Shown: positions 19,424 through 29,916, numbered from the stretch's first letter. The stretch is DNA of 62,762 nucleotides from an uncultured Nitrososphaerales archaeon (GCA_938091495.1 CALLJF010000019.1:1-62762); one strand, 5' to 3'. Numbers and translations are program-made. The notes: generated by a model from the letters alone, not told the origin.

Positions 19424-21437
19424 CTATGCTTGATACACCATTTAATTTTGTTACTTTAAACACGCGGTCAGCAAAGCTTTCAAGCTCTTTCTCATGTGAT
19501 ACAATAACAACTTGTGGACAAGCAAGCTCATCAAGAATATCCCTAACTTTTGATAGTTGCTCCTTGCTAAAGCCATCAGTTGGCTCATCTAGTATAAGGA
19601 GATTAGACTTTATACCTATAGAAACTTTTTGAACAAGACTGTTGAGGGCTAATCTGTAAGCTAAGGCTACACTAGTTTTTTCTCCACCACTAAGGTAAGA
19701 TATGTCTTGCTCATATCCATCCTGTTCAACTATCGGAGTAAAATCTTCATCGATCCTTGCTTCCTTGCTAGAATCTTCAACTAGCAAGCTAAACCACTTC
19801 TGAAAATGCTGGTTAAACTCTTGTTGAATAGTTATCATAGCATGCCTTTCTATATTTTCTAGCGTTGCTATGAAAAAGTCTTTTAGCCAGACAAGGTATT
19901 CGTCTAATAACTCAGCCTTCTTTAACAAGTCCTGTTTCTTATCTATCTCTTGTTTTAACTCCTCTGCTGCTTTTTTGGTTTCATCAATTCTAGATCGAAT
20001 TGATGAAACGCTCTTCTTAATCTCAGTAAGTGCTTCATTAGTCTTCTTTATTTCTTCGTCTAATAAGACGATTTCTTTTGAGACTTCTAAAAACTGCTCT
20101 AACTCTTTCCTCGCTTCCTCCAATCTTGCATTGATTCTTTTTATCTCTTCATTGATAGAAGCTATTTTATTTTTGCAATCCTTCATAGTCTCTTTAAAAC
20201 CATCTGCTTGCTCTTCGTATGCATTGAGATTATTCTGTGCAGCATTGTACTTTTTCAGTTCATCGATCAATTCCTCTAAATTTTTAATTCTTTTCTCACA
20301 CTCATTTACTGCCTTATCGGCAATCTCCTTTTCATGAATTTTGCTTTTGATTTTTTCCTCAAACTCTTTTGGATTTGCTTCTCTGTCACATGTAGGACAT
20401 ATTTTGCTTTGTTGTATAGAGCTGTAATCTTGTATTTTAGATTCTATTGTATTAGCAATCTTGATAAGCCTTTTATGTTCTTGCTTAAATTCTTCTAACT
20501 CTTCCTCTAATTCATTCTCTGTTTTATCAGTGGGCTTCTTTATCTTTGCTAACTCGTCTAACTTTGGTTTTAATTCATCCAGCTTCTTTTTCGCTATATC
20601 AAATTTTTTATTCAATTCTTCTATGCTCTTATCTTTCTCTTCGATCTGTTTCTCAAGTAATGGAATCTCACCTTGAACCGAGCTCAGCTTGTCCTTAACA
20701 TCACTAAGTTTCTTAAGCTGCTCATTTAAACCATCAAGTTTTCCTGTCAGTAATCTTTCTTGGTCAAGCAGCGGTTTGAGTTGTTTTTCATAATCTTCGA
20801 TCTCCTTAAGTTTTTTAGATAGTAGACTTCTTTTATCTCCGAGATCTGATGCTTGAGCTTTAAATTCAATAGATTTCTTATCTATTGTAGAAGCTAGGTT
20901 TAAGGCGTTATCACGCGCTATCTTGTAGTCTTCGATTCTGAAGGCTTTCCTTAAGGTCTGTAACCTAAGATCAGAGTTCATAGTAAGAATTGTCTTCATT
21001 TCTTCTTGAGGGGTAAAGACAGCATAGCGGTAAATTACACTCTGGGCTTTAGGATCAGGAGGCTCGTTGAAGTTTAAAATTTGAAGTACTTCTTCTTTAA
21101 GCTCAGTTGGAGAAAGATGACGAACTTTATCATCTACTTTAATCCAACCCTCTTTCTGCTGCACAGATTTTCCTTTTCTCACTAACGTGCGAAGAATAGT
21201 GTATTCTTTTCCATCTACATCGAATATTAAGCCTACTGATCCTTCGTTCTCGCCTGTCCTTAATAATGAAGCTCCTTTTTCAGAGCCTAAGCCAAATAGT
21301 GCGAATTCTATAGCCATAAGAATAGTGGACTTGCCAGAGCCAATATCTCCTTCAAATAACATAGTGCCTAAAGGAAACTCTATAGTTGCATCCTTGTAGC
21401 TCCTAATATTCTTCATCTTTAGTGTTTTAATGATCAT
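19416..21437 (-). CDS. rad50: Rad50 (SMC-like) ATPase, short coiled coil
   Basis: Walker A GDIGSGKS, zinc hook CPTC, signature LSGGE, Walker B LLILDEPT, VSH. Confidence 0.93.
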   Translation of the reverse strand: MIIKTLKMKNIRSYKDATIEFPLGTMLFEGDIGSGKSTILMAIEFALFGLGSEKGASLLRTGENEGSVGLIFDVDGKEYTILRTLVRKGKSVQQKEGWIKVDDKVRHLSPTELKEEVLQILNFNEPPDPKAQSVIYRYAVFTPQEEMKTILTMNSDLRLQTLRKAFRIEDYKIARDNALNLASTIDKKSIEFKAQASDLGDKRSLLSKKLKEIEDYEKQLKPLLDQERLLTGKLDGLNEQLKKLSDVKDKLSSVQGEIPLLEKQIEEKDKSIEELNKKFDIAKKKLDELKPKLDELAKIKKPTDKTENELEEELEEFKQEHKRLIKIANTIESKIQDYSSIQQSKICPTCDREANPKEFEEKIKSKIHEKEIADKAVNECEKRIKNLEELIDELKKYNAAQNNLNAYEEQADGFKETMKDCKNKIASINEEIKRINARLEEARKELEQFLEVSKEIVLLDEEIKKTNEALTEIKKSVSSIRSRIDETKKAAEELKQEIDKKQDLLKKAELLDEYLVWLKDFFIATLENIERHAMITIQQEFNQHFQKWFSLLVEDSSKEARIDEDFTPIVEQDGYEQDISYLSGGEKTSVALAYRLALNSLVQKVSIGIKSNLLILDEPTDGFSKEQLSKVRDILDELACPQVVIVSHEKELESFADRVFKVTKLNGVSSIGD

Positions 21438-22705
21438 TTGAGCACCTCGCTAAGCTGAAGAGTTCCTATCCCATGCTCTTGCATTCTTGCTTCATAGTCT
21501 TTCTTCGATTCATTCAGCTTTTGTTCTTGCCTTAGCGTTTTTAAAAGTTCAAGAGCAAGAAGCGCGCCTTTCTCATCTTTTAGGGATTCATTTGAGACCT
21601 TAATTGAACTAATACTCTCCTTGAATAACTTTCTCTCTATTGTAGCTATATCTTCACCCATTATCTTAACCGTAGCGTATTCCTTTGAGGTTAGACCATG
21701 GCGATTTAAGTAAATATAGATGGCACCGTTCTCAATAAGCATATTCTTTAGCTGGAAAAAGTCAATGTCAGAAGTCTTTCCGCCTGAGAGCTCGCCTTTT
21801 ATTTTAAGAGCGACTATCTTGTCCTTAACATCTAGCTCGCTTAACTTCTCCTTTAGCTCCTTTTGGACTTGTAAAGCATTTTTGTAAGAAGCATCATACT
21901 CAAAGTAAATGCCTTCAAAAGGTTTCATTTCCACAAACTCGATCTTCTCAACCTTATCAGAAAAGCTTACAATATAAAATCCTCTCTTCTCACCTTTGGC
22001 TGTCTGCTCAAAATCTCTACCATATCCTGTGAACAAAGGACCAGGAAAGACTACTTTCTCATAACCTGGCAGGCTATTCTCAGACCTATCATGTATATGA
22101 CCTCCAGCATAGTAATCGAAGCCTTTTGGAAGATAAGAAATCGGTATGGTCTCCATCTGGCTCAAGTATGCTGGCTTAAATTCATTCAGCCCACTATGAA
22201 AAGCAAATATCTTAAAACCATCTTCATTTTCAAGGCTTTCTCTATCTAAAATCTCATAATACTTGCTTTCTAAACCTATCTTCCTAGCAGAAATACCAAC
22301 AAGCTTCGCTTTTGTCTTTGGATCGATAAAGAATTCTAGCTTTAATTTATCATTAATCACTTTTCCCTTAGCTATTTTTGTGATAATTCCTGCACTTTCT
22401 AAAACATCTATAATAGAAGTCCCAGTAGGAGTGTAATCATGACTTCCATATATCACATAGATAGGTATGCCTTTGTCTTTCACTTCCTTCATCTTTGCAA
22501 CTGCTTCTTTGACAACACCTAAATCAGGAATTCCAACATGAAAGAGATCGCCACATATAAGAATAAAATCAACTCTCTCTTCTATGCATTTGTCCATCGC
22601 TTTTCTAAAAGTTTCTATCTCGAGTTTTTCAAGCGTAGGTTCACGATTGGCACCTAGATGAATATCAGCAATATGAACAAATTTGTACATATATTCAACC
22701 CTCAA
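21434..22705 (-). CDS. mre11: Mre11 nuclease (start possibly ATG 22690)
   Basis: Phosphoesterase motifs DIHLG, GDLFH, GSHD, FH, GHIH. Confidence 0.93.
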   Translation of the reverse strand: MRVEYMYKFVHIADIHLGANREPTLEKLEIETFRKAMDKCIEERVDFILICGDLFHVGIPDLGVVKEAVAKMKEVKDKGIPIYVIYGSHDYTPTGTSIIDVLESAGIITKIAKGKVINDKLKLEFFIDPKTKAKLVGISARKIGLESKYYEILDRESLENEDGFKIFAFHSGLNEFKPAYLSQMETIPISYLPKGFDYYAGGHIHDRSENSLPGYEKVVFPGPLFTGYGRDFEQTAKGEKRGFYIVSFSDKVEKIEFVEMKPFEGIYFEYDASYKNALQVQKELKEKLSELDVKDKIVALKIKGELSGGKTSDIDFFQLKNMLIENGAIYIYLNRHGLTSKEYATVKIMGEDIATIERKLFKESISSIKVSNESLKDEKGALLALELLKTLRQEQKLNESKKDYEARMQEHGIGTLQLSEVLK

Positions 22706-24242
22706 ACTCTATTTCTATTTTTCCTTCACTCTCAAACCTATCCTTTGTCCTCGACTCTTTAACAAACTCGTCAAAGAGTGGCACATAGATAGGAACGGCG
22801 AATCTTGTGAATATGCTACTTACTATTGCTTCTCCTTTATCAAGGCTAGCTATGGTTCTATCATCATCTGAAAGATCTTGAGCGGCACTCTCTATGATGG
22901 CGTGCCTTTCAGTTGCCATCTCATTACCAAGAATGATCTTTGTATTCATATTGGTTAATATGTTCCTAGGAATAACACTAGTTAACTGAGTGATAGCTAT
23001 TAAACCCACCTTAAACTTTCTTCCTTCACGTGCAATCATACTATAGATGTTCTCTCCTGATTTTGCAAGCCTGTCACTGCTAAGTACACGAGGAGCTTCT
23101 TCAATAACTATGCTTATCGTTGGCTTTTCATCAAGTTTACCTTGAGATTTGTATTCTTGATATCTTGAAAATACTTTGTTAGCCACTATGCTACCTATGA
23201 GAAGTTCTGCTTCGTCTCCGATCTTTGACGTATCTATAACAACTACTTTTCCCTTCTCTAATGCTTTAACTATGTCGTCTGTAGTTGATTCGCCTGAAGT
23301 ATCGCTAAAAACTTCGTTAGTACATCTTATCTCACCATTTTGGTAATAAACACCAAGCATGGTCTTCATTTTTCGCTGAAGGACATTAAGAGTTCTTTGA
23401 TCTACACCTTTTAGACTTTCCCCTCTTACGATTTTTTCAATCCATTCATCTCTAAACTCCCTATAATACATTGAAATTGCATCACGTTGTGCATCTGTAA
23501 AATCGACTATACCATCAAAATGTTCAGGTTGAATAGACTTGAGGTTGATCACTAATGTGTTAGCTCCAACAGGCGGGTCAGACGAATAATATAGCAAATT
23601 TTCTTTAGCACTCAGATGATCTTTTAATCCCTTGCCATTTCTGCCATAGTACTCGTCATGAGGATCAAGGACAAGAATACCAAATTTCTTTTCGTTAAGC
23701 GCACTCCATAACATGACCTTTACAAGGTTACTCTTCCCTCTTCCAGTGGTTGCAGGGATTAGAATATGATGCGCTAAAGCTTCCACACCATTCAAATAAA
23801 CATCAACGTTGAGAACTTTTGAGCCGCTTCTCACCTTACCAACATAAATAGGGTTAGGAGGTTTTATCAAGAAGTCCAAGTCCTTTTCAAGCACATGTCT
23901 TACTGTGCCAAAGAAGTCTGGAAGCACTTTTGGGACGTGAGGCTTGCTAGTAACTCTGAGTACAGATTTTGCTAAAGCCAAGACATAATTCCTTAATTGT
24001 GGTTCAAAGAATTCTAGCCCAGCTCCAAGACCTTCTAATTTCATGCCAGCAATCAATTCCCTTGCTACTTGAGAGATCTGACTGCCATAAAGCAGATCAT
24101 AAACCTGTAAGATTAAATAGCCTTCACTATTCTCAGCAACTAAAAGATCACCTAACTCTATCTTCTCTCCACTCTTCTCTCTAATGAGAATCTTTCCTAC
24201 CCCGCCAGCGATGATTTGGCCACATATCTCCATCTTTTTCAC
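22695..24242 (-). CDS. herA: HerA bipolar helicase/translocase
   Basis: HAS-barrel N-terminus, [34 protein letters not shown]. Confidence 0.92.
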   Translation of the reverse strand: MKKMEICGQIIAGGVGKILIREKSGEKIELGDLLVAENSEGYLILQVYDLLYGSQISQVARELIAGMKLEGLGAGLEFFEPQLRNYVLALAKSVLRVTSKPHVPKVLPDFFGTVRHVLEKDLDFLIKPPNPIYVGKVRSGSKVLNVDVYLNGVEALAHHILIPATTGRGKSNLVKVMLWSALNEKKFGILVLDPHDEYYGRNGKGLKDHLSAKENLLYYSSDPPVGANTLVINLKSIQPEHFDGIVDFTDAQRDAISMYYREFRDEWIEKIVRGESLKGVDQRTLNVLQRKMKTMLGVYYQNGEIRCTNEVFSDTSGESTTDDIVKALEKGKVVVIDTSKIGDEAELLIGSIVANKVFSRYQEYKSQGKLDEKPTISIVIEEAPRVLSSDRLAKSGENIYSMIAREGRKFKVGLIAITQLTSVIPRNILTNMNTKIILGNEMATERHAIIESAAQDLSDDDRTIASLDKGEAIVSSIFTRFAVPIYVPLFDEFVKESRTKDRFESEGKIEIEFEG

Positions 24243-25351
24243 CCCCTAAGGAAGTTCAGAATTCCATGTGCATCTTTTGATTGTATATGTCTTAAGAATT
24301 TAGGCCATGAACCAAGCTTTGATATCTCAGTCATTAGCATGATTCGATAAGTTTCTACTTCTTCATGCCTGACTCTAGCATTATAGTCTGCATCTATAAG
24401 ACCATAAGGATAGCCTGGAAAACTCACGTCGCTAGAATTGATAGATAGTTGACACATCACCTCATTAATATCTGAAGCAGATAAAAGTTTAACTTGTTCG
24501 GCGTTGATCTCATATCTAAAGATTCTTTGAGAATTATCGTTTAGCTTTACGATAAAGATGGCTGCTTTATGTTCAGGGCTCAAAGATTCAGCCACAGGGT
24601 AATAATACCAGATCGATTCTATCTTAAAATCATTAGCAAGCTTCCTGAGCGCTCCGAGTAATGATAATCCAGTGGTTGTATAGAGGCGGCTAGTCTTCGA
24701 TAGACCTGAGTATATCGCACCTTTTTCAATTGCTACTTTGTACGCTTCTTTTGCATAGTTTGATTCGTTTGTAAATGCAGCTCTTAACGTTCCATCCATT
24801 ACTAGTATATCGCCTTCATCAAGCTCATTTTCGATTATGTGCTTAGCATATTCCCATTCTGCAAACCTTCTACCTATAGAAGCTACTCTGGCTATGTCTG
24901 CTCTTGAGGTACCTATCATCAACCTTCTGTCTGTAGAGCTAAAGGATAGATCTGAAGCTCTTGGTAAGAATTTTGAGATTTCATCAGTCATAGGAAAGAT
25001 TGATGTATCAAAATAGATCTGATCTTTCCTGAAGTTGGCAGATGTTGCTGAGAAGAACTCTATTTTCTCTGGGATTGTGGTCTTAGGTATTCTTCTTTTT
25101 CCTTGGAAAATATTGAAATAAATTCGGTTAAGCTGAATTGAAAAATTAGGTGCTCCTATAAGCTCACAGTTACCTCCATCGATAAATGCAAGCTTTCTTT
25201 TAGAATTAACCATATTGATGGGTTTAAAGTAATTTACGTTAAAGGGATAAGCCCGATAGCCTTGTCTACTTAAGAACGGTTCGCCTATTTCTTCTTCGCT
25301 TACTAACTTGTTTAAGTTCCAAATTAGTTTTTTAACAGCCTCACCTAGCAT
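24239..25351 (-). CDS. nurA: NurA nuclease
   Basis: [33 protein letters not shown]. Confidence 0.9.
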   Translation of the reverse strand: MLGEAVKKLIWNLNKLVSEEEIGEPFLSRQGYRAYPFNVNYFKPINMVNSKRKLAFIDGGNCELIGAPNFSIQLNRIYFNIFQGKRRIPKTTIPEKIEFFSATSANFRKDQIYFDTSIFPMTDEISKFLPRASDLSFSSTDRRLMIGTSRADIARVASIGRRFAEWEYAKHIIENELDEGDILVMDGTLRAAFTNESNYAKEAYKVAIEKGAIYSGLSKTSRLYTTTGLSLLGALRKLANDFKIESIWYYYPVAESLSPEHKAAIFIVKLNDNSQRIFRYEINAEQVKLLSASDINEVMCQLSINSSDVSFPGYPYGLIDADYNARVRHEEVETYRIMLMTEISKLGSWPKFLRHIQSKDAHGILNFLRG

Positions 25352-25361
25352 TTATTACACC

Positions 25362-27581
25362 TCATAATAGAACCATATCATCAGGTACTCTCACTCCTGC
25401 AGAGACATTCTCACCAAGGTTCTGAGTCAGTATTTGAGGTAGAGCATACCTACCTTGCTTGAACAAAGAAGACCAGTTCAGCTTAGTCAGTCTATAATAC
25501 TCATCCATGATCTGTAATACATGCGGCCTTGGTACGCCATTCGTGTTAAGACAAAGATGCTTCTTTAGAGAAATCTCAACAGGTTGTGCTGTGCCTATCC
25601 TTGAGCTACATGATACTAACAAACCTTCATTCTCATTAAAAGCTATGGCTGTCCCTCCAGGTACGTTAAAGTAGCGGCCTAGCTTTAAATCAAAGATTCT
25701 TTTATTTGGAGTTTTATTCACTCTGATTATGTCTATTATGAGGCTTTTAGGGAACATGGAAATTCTTTTGAGGAGCTCGGGTATAGGTTCTTTTTTCTCA
25801 TCAGGTATGCCACTCATTATCACCTTTTCCATTATGTCAGCCTCATCGTCACTTATTATCCCATCTTTTGCAAATACAAACCGATTAAAGCTGAGCTTTT
25901 TCCCATCAATTCCTGTGCATCTCTGACTGAAGATTGAAATCCTTTGTATGAGATCGACTAAGATGTCATAAAAGGCAGATGGCGAAAGTTTTTCTCCACC
26001 AACGGGCTTAGTACCTGTAGTAATGTACCTGCCATAAGAGTCTGTCATAGCGCTATAAGCTGTAGCAGAGGCTTTTAGCTTTGGCCTTCTTGAGACGTCA
26101 TGATATGCATAGCATTGTGAAGCTGTGTTAGCAGCTATTGCATAAGCACTCCTATCTCCTTGAAGAATCTTTTCCACAGTCTCATAACCTATGGCTTGAC
26201 AAGGAGAAGGTTCTGTCCCAAAAATTCTCTCAAAAAGTTGATCTCTAGACTTGTAGTAGATGTCTGCGGCATAAATGCTAGGAAGAATTATTATTGCAAG
26301 TACTTTTTCTTTTTTGGTCATGAGTTTTGATCGAATCTCTACAATTGCTGAAGTATAGTCTGCAACCTTATCTCCTCCTGTGTCGATAAAACCATTATTA
26401 CCAATTTCTGTTATTGACTCTAACTCTCCAAGGTTAAGCCGTCTATACGCTTTTTCAATGAATTTTATTGCTTGCTTAGTCCCATCAGTATTGCCAAAAT
26501 GAATGACGATATACTTTCCATTTATCTTCCCTGCATGCGGGCCATGTTGTTTTAAAAGATCGTGTATCTTATCAACTGGAGCTTGAGCATTAGCTCCTGC
26601 AACTACAAAAATCTGATTAGATGATGGATAAGAATACTCTTGATAGCCAAGACTTTCTGCAATAATAGGGCCTTCGAAAGATATTGTTTGATTCAAGAAG
26701 CATAATGAACTTAAAAACGTTTTAAAAAACTCAGTAACATATCTAATTCTCTCATCTGGATCTTTCTTCAAAGTTTCTGGCAACTTACTCCTTTCTCTAA
26801 ACTCACTAAAAATGCAAGATTCAGGGTAAGGTAGCGTTCTTCCAAAAGATGGAATATTAACATCGAGCATTTCATCTTTTGGGGTTATAAAGTCGATTCC
26901 ATGTTTAACTTTCCAATATTCTTTTGTCTTTAACATTCTCGTTCTTATTGGAAATTCCATCTCATCTGCAGTTTTTCCTGCCCTGCCAATTAGTATCCCC
27001 CTAAGCCAATTTGGCAATACTCTTACTTTAATCTCTGAATCCTCACCCATTGTATCAGCCTCGTCTATCTCTTTTTCATTTAATTGAAGCATAACTCTTG
27101 TTTTAGCATCGATCCATACGCATGGGTAACCATTCTCCAACGATGCTTGAATTCTGTAAGAACGCTTGTAAGGATTCTCTTTGTTAAGAATATCCGTCTT
27201 TAAGATGTAACGATCTCCTATTTTAAGGAAGTTTTTCTTCAATACTTCTATCCTTACTTTATTTTGCCAAGCTGATTCTATGACTTCTTTGCTGTATGAC
27301 TCATTCTCTACTATTTGTGGACTCAGATTAGAATACCCAGAGAGTGTTTTCGATAACACTTCACGATTAACGTTTAATACAACAACATCAAAATTATCAA
27401 AAACTTCCATGGGTGCAACTGTAGCATCAAATCCACGCCTGCATAATGATCCAACGATGGATTGTAGGAATGCCCTTCTATCAGTCTGTTTCTCAATATC
27501 TAACCCTTGGAATCTAACATAGCAACCATGCACCTCATCTGGCACTTTGGTTTTTGATTTAAAGAGGTTGAGATATTTCAT
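25362..27581 (-). CDS. ago: Long prokaryotic Argonaute (N-L1-PAZ-L2-MID-PIWI)
   Basis: PAZ-like EYWKVKHGI..YPESC; MID YYKSR..PCQAI; PIWI HDVS, GGEK, FAKDG, IRVNK, PGGT, GTAQP, LTKLNW, R-Y-A-L-P; hydrophobic C-terminal end. Confidence 0.85.
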   Translation of the reverse strand: MKYLNLFKSKTKVPDEVHGCYVRFQGLDIEKQTDRRAFLQSIVGSLCRRGFDATVAPMEVFDNFDVVVLNVNREVLSKTLSGYSNLSPQIVENESYSKEVIESAWQNKVRIEVLKKNFLKIGDRYILKTDILNKENPYKRSYRIQASLENGYPCVWIDAKTRVMLQLNEKEIDEADTMGEDSEIKVRVLPNWLRGILIGRAGKTADEMEFPIRTRMLKTKEYWKVKHGIDFITPKDEMLDVNIPSFGRTLPYPESCIFSEFRERSKLPETLKKDPDERIRYVTEFFKTFLSSLCFLNQTISFEGPIIAESLGYQEYSYPSSNQIFVVAGANAQAPVDKIHDLLKQHGPHAGKINGKYIVIHFGNTDGTKQAIKFIEKAYRRLNLGELESITEIGNNGFIDTGGDKVADYTSAIVEIRSKLMTKKEKVLAIIILPSIYAADIYYKSRDQLFERIFGTEPSPCQAIGYETVEKILQGDRSAYAIAANTASQCYAYHDVSRRPKLKASATAYSAMTDSYGRYITTGTKPVGGEKLSPSAFYDILVDLIQRISIFSQRCTGIDGKKLSFNRFVFAKDGIISDDEADIMEKVIMSGIPDEKKEPIPELLKRISMFPKSLIIDIIRVNKTPNKRIFDLKLGRYFNVPGGTAIAFNENEGLLVSCSSRIGTAQPVEISLKKHLCLNTNGVPRPHVLQIMDEYYRLTKLNWSSLFKQGRYALPQILTQNLGENVSAGVRVPDDMVLL

Positions 27582-27585
27582 ATAC

Positions 27586-28305
27586 TTACACCAGCCTGCA
27601 TTGGAACGAAACTTCAGTCATCAAGGGAGCTACTACCCTATCTACCAACTCACGTAACACTATAACTATCTGTTCTGCAGTCAATGAAGTGTGATAGATT
27701 GTGATAATACCTTTCATGTGAAATCCTACTACAGCCTCTTCAGGTATGTCTGTTAATCTTACCTTAACTTTTTCAAGTGGCTGGTCTCCATAATCCTCCC
27801 ATATTTGCGAGTGTGTAACGCCACGCCCAACAAGGGATATTTTATCAATAGTCTCTAATCCCTTTCTTGAGGGAGTATGGTCCACTTGAAAGACGTCAGG
27901 ATTTTTTTGAATAACCGATCTTAACATGTCTTCTTTGAGTGGTATAGGCTCAAGTATTATTTCAGGGATAAAGTTATTCTCAAGAAATTTTTTCACGCGC
28001 TGCTGTATCTCTTTGGTTGCGTTTCCAGTAGCAAGGAAACTTTTGCCAAGAAAGACTATCGGAACCTCGCCTAGTGCCTTAGCCTTTCCTATTCCTTCAA
28101 GAGTTGGATATTCAAAATCGTATTCAAAGCCAAAAACAAAATACACGTTATCTTTAATTATTCTCACTGATTCAGGCAACGTACCTTCTCTATAGTCTTT
28201 ATTGCTATTCATTACAGATAGCTCTCTGGCTTTAGATGCAATTTCTTCAGGAATTATCTGTTGCTTTGGAGTTTTTATTATCAAAAAACTAGGCAAGATA
28301 TTCAC
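27586..28305 (-). CDS. Hypothetical Argonaute-associated protein (239 aa)
   Basis: Intact ORF ending 4 bp before the ago ATG and overlapping the upstream ATPase by 17 bp; no motif recognised. Confidence 0.8.
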   Translation of the reverse strand: MNILPSFLIIKTPKQQIIPEEIASKARELSVMNSNKDYREGTLPESVRIIKDNVYFVFGFEYDFEYPTLEGIGKAKALGEVPIVFLGKSFLATGNATKEIQQRVKKFLENNFIPEIILEPIPLKEDMLRSVIQKNPDVFQVDHTPSRKGLETIDKISLVGRGVTHSQIWEDYGDQPLEKVKVRLTDIPEEAVVGFHMKGIITIYHTSLTAEQIVIVLRELVDRVVAPLMTEVSFQCRLV

Positions 28306-29230
28306 TCTCCTGAGAGATTCTTAACTCAACAAAAGGAAGCAATTCTTCCTTGATCCTGTAAAAAGAGAATTTGCCAAACCTTTCATTATGTAAGATTCGC
28401 TCTGATACGAACTTGTTCAAATGATAAGATACCGTAGCTTTGTCCCTATTTAGAACCTCAACTAATTGTGAAGGTCTAATACCTCTTGGGTCAGGATTCA
28501 AAATAATGTTTCTAAGAATCATAAGCTGTAATTCATCTAAAGATTTCAGCTTTTCAAACATATTGTGCAAACTCATTGTTTGGGCTGCCATCTCAACCGA
28601 TTCGATATCTAAACTAGTTTTCTGCTTGAGAAAAGCCTCATGCAAAGTTCTTAAAAATAGTGAGATTATGCTACCAGGAATTCCAAGCGTGAATTCATAA
28701 ATCTTCTCTGCTAATTTAACGTCTAATTTTACTTTTCCACCTGAAGCATAGTCAGTGATTCTACTCAAAAAAAGTTCAGTATCATCCTTGCTCAATGGCT
28801 TTAGATAGTTTTCTCTACTTGTAGCGATGATAGTTTCGATTTTCCCTTTGAAAAAATTCCAGTGAAGGGGTTCCCAAGCAGTGATTAAAATGCCGTTGCT
28901 AAATACTTTCAAGAACTCTTTTATCGAGTATTCTATGTTTCTATCTTCCTCACATGAATCGATAATTAAAACATCAGGTTTTTCACTCTTAAGGCTCTCG
29001 AGATGTTTAAGGAATACTTGCTCATCTTCATCTTGTTCTGAGAATGTTGAGGCATCAAAATAAATAGATTTTAACCTTATTTCTGGTCTTTCACAAAAAG
29101 ACTTTAGAATTCTTAGTAAGTGCGTTTTGCCAGAACCTTTTCGGTTAATCTTGTTTTGAAGCTTGAATTTTATAACTAATTTTTGAAGGTGTATAATAAG
29201 AACAGAGTAGTTATTAATTTCTTGTAATTT
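28289..29230 (-). pseudogene. P-loop AAA+ ATPase with C-terminal wHTH; 5' end lost
   Basis: Frame stays open upstream of the called TTG (28912) through NRKGSGKT (Walker A) and VLIIDS (Walker B) to a stop at 29231-29233 with no ATG/GTG/TTG; wHTH RPSQLVEVLNRDKATVSYHL. Confidence 0.7.
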
Positions 29231-29562
29231 TTAAAAAACCTGCGCAGGTTGACAATCTTTTTATTATCCATCAGTTTTAAAACAGCTTTCGTATCTTGAA
29301 TGGAACTATAAATCCCGATAATTAGACTATTCCGTATTTTTTGCCCGTTGTAAATGTAATCTACTGCTTGAAGTAACTATCTATTTTACTTTGATATCTT
29401 GGATCTGTCTCAACATAATCCTTAACTAGCCTCATGAATCTTTCTGGTATAACACAACCTTAGAAATAAATTCAAACAGATGAAGGTGTATTTCTCATCT
29501 ACCCTCGATACCATTCTCTTGGCTTAAACCAAGAAACGCGTTTGGAACTTTGAACAAACTAG

Positions 29563-29916
29563 CTAATCATTCCTTACAGCAACTGGCTTCTTATATTCCT
29601 CTACTGCTTTTTCCATTGCCTTTCTCGCAAGAGCCATGTCCAGTTTAATCAGCTGCTTCACTACTTCGTTCTCTCTATCCAACTGGTACATGGTAGCACG
29701 TCCAACTTTTCTTATAACTTTCACAGCACCTGACTTCTCAAGCTCACGCCAGTATTTGAAGAATGTTGCTCGACCCATTTCAAGGTTCTTCACTATTTCA
29801 TTCTTCGAGTAGTCCGACAGCGGGTTGTCCAAGAAAAAGTCTATGATTCTCAGAATCGGGCTTGCACCAAGATACTTTAGCAATAGGGTCTCGTCTGGTT
29901 TGTATGCCATCAACAA
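29563..29916 (-). CDS. Winged-helix DNA-binding protein
   Basis: RIIDFFL..YSKNEIVKNLEMGRATFFKYWRELEKSGAV..RKVGRATMY. Confidence 0.8.
   Translation of the reverse strand: MLMAYKPDETLLLKYLGASPILRIIDFFLDNPLSDYSKNEIVKNLEMGRATFFKYWRELEKSGAVKVIRKVGRATMYQLDRENEVVKQLIKLDMALARKAMEKAVEEYKKPVAVRND

Noticed and set aside
19416-21437. Reading the SMC-like ATPase as a Wadjet/Lamassu defence SMC
   Set aside because: The CPTC zinc hook and the adjacent mre11, herA and nurA identify it as Rad50.
22695-24242. HerA as part of a Sir2-HerA or similar two-gene defence system
   Set aside because: No sirtuin or other such effector is adjacent; it sits in the canonical nurA/mre11/rad50 context.
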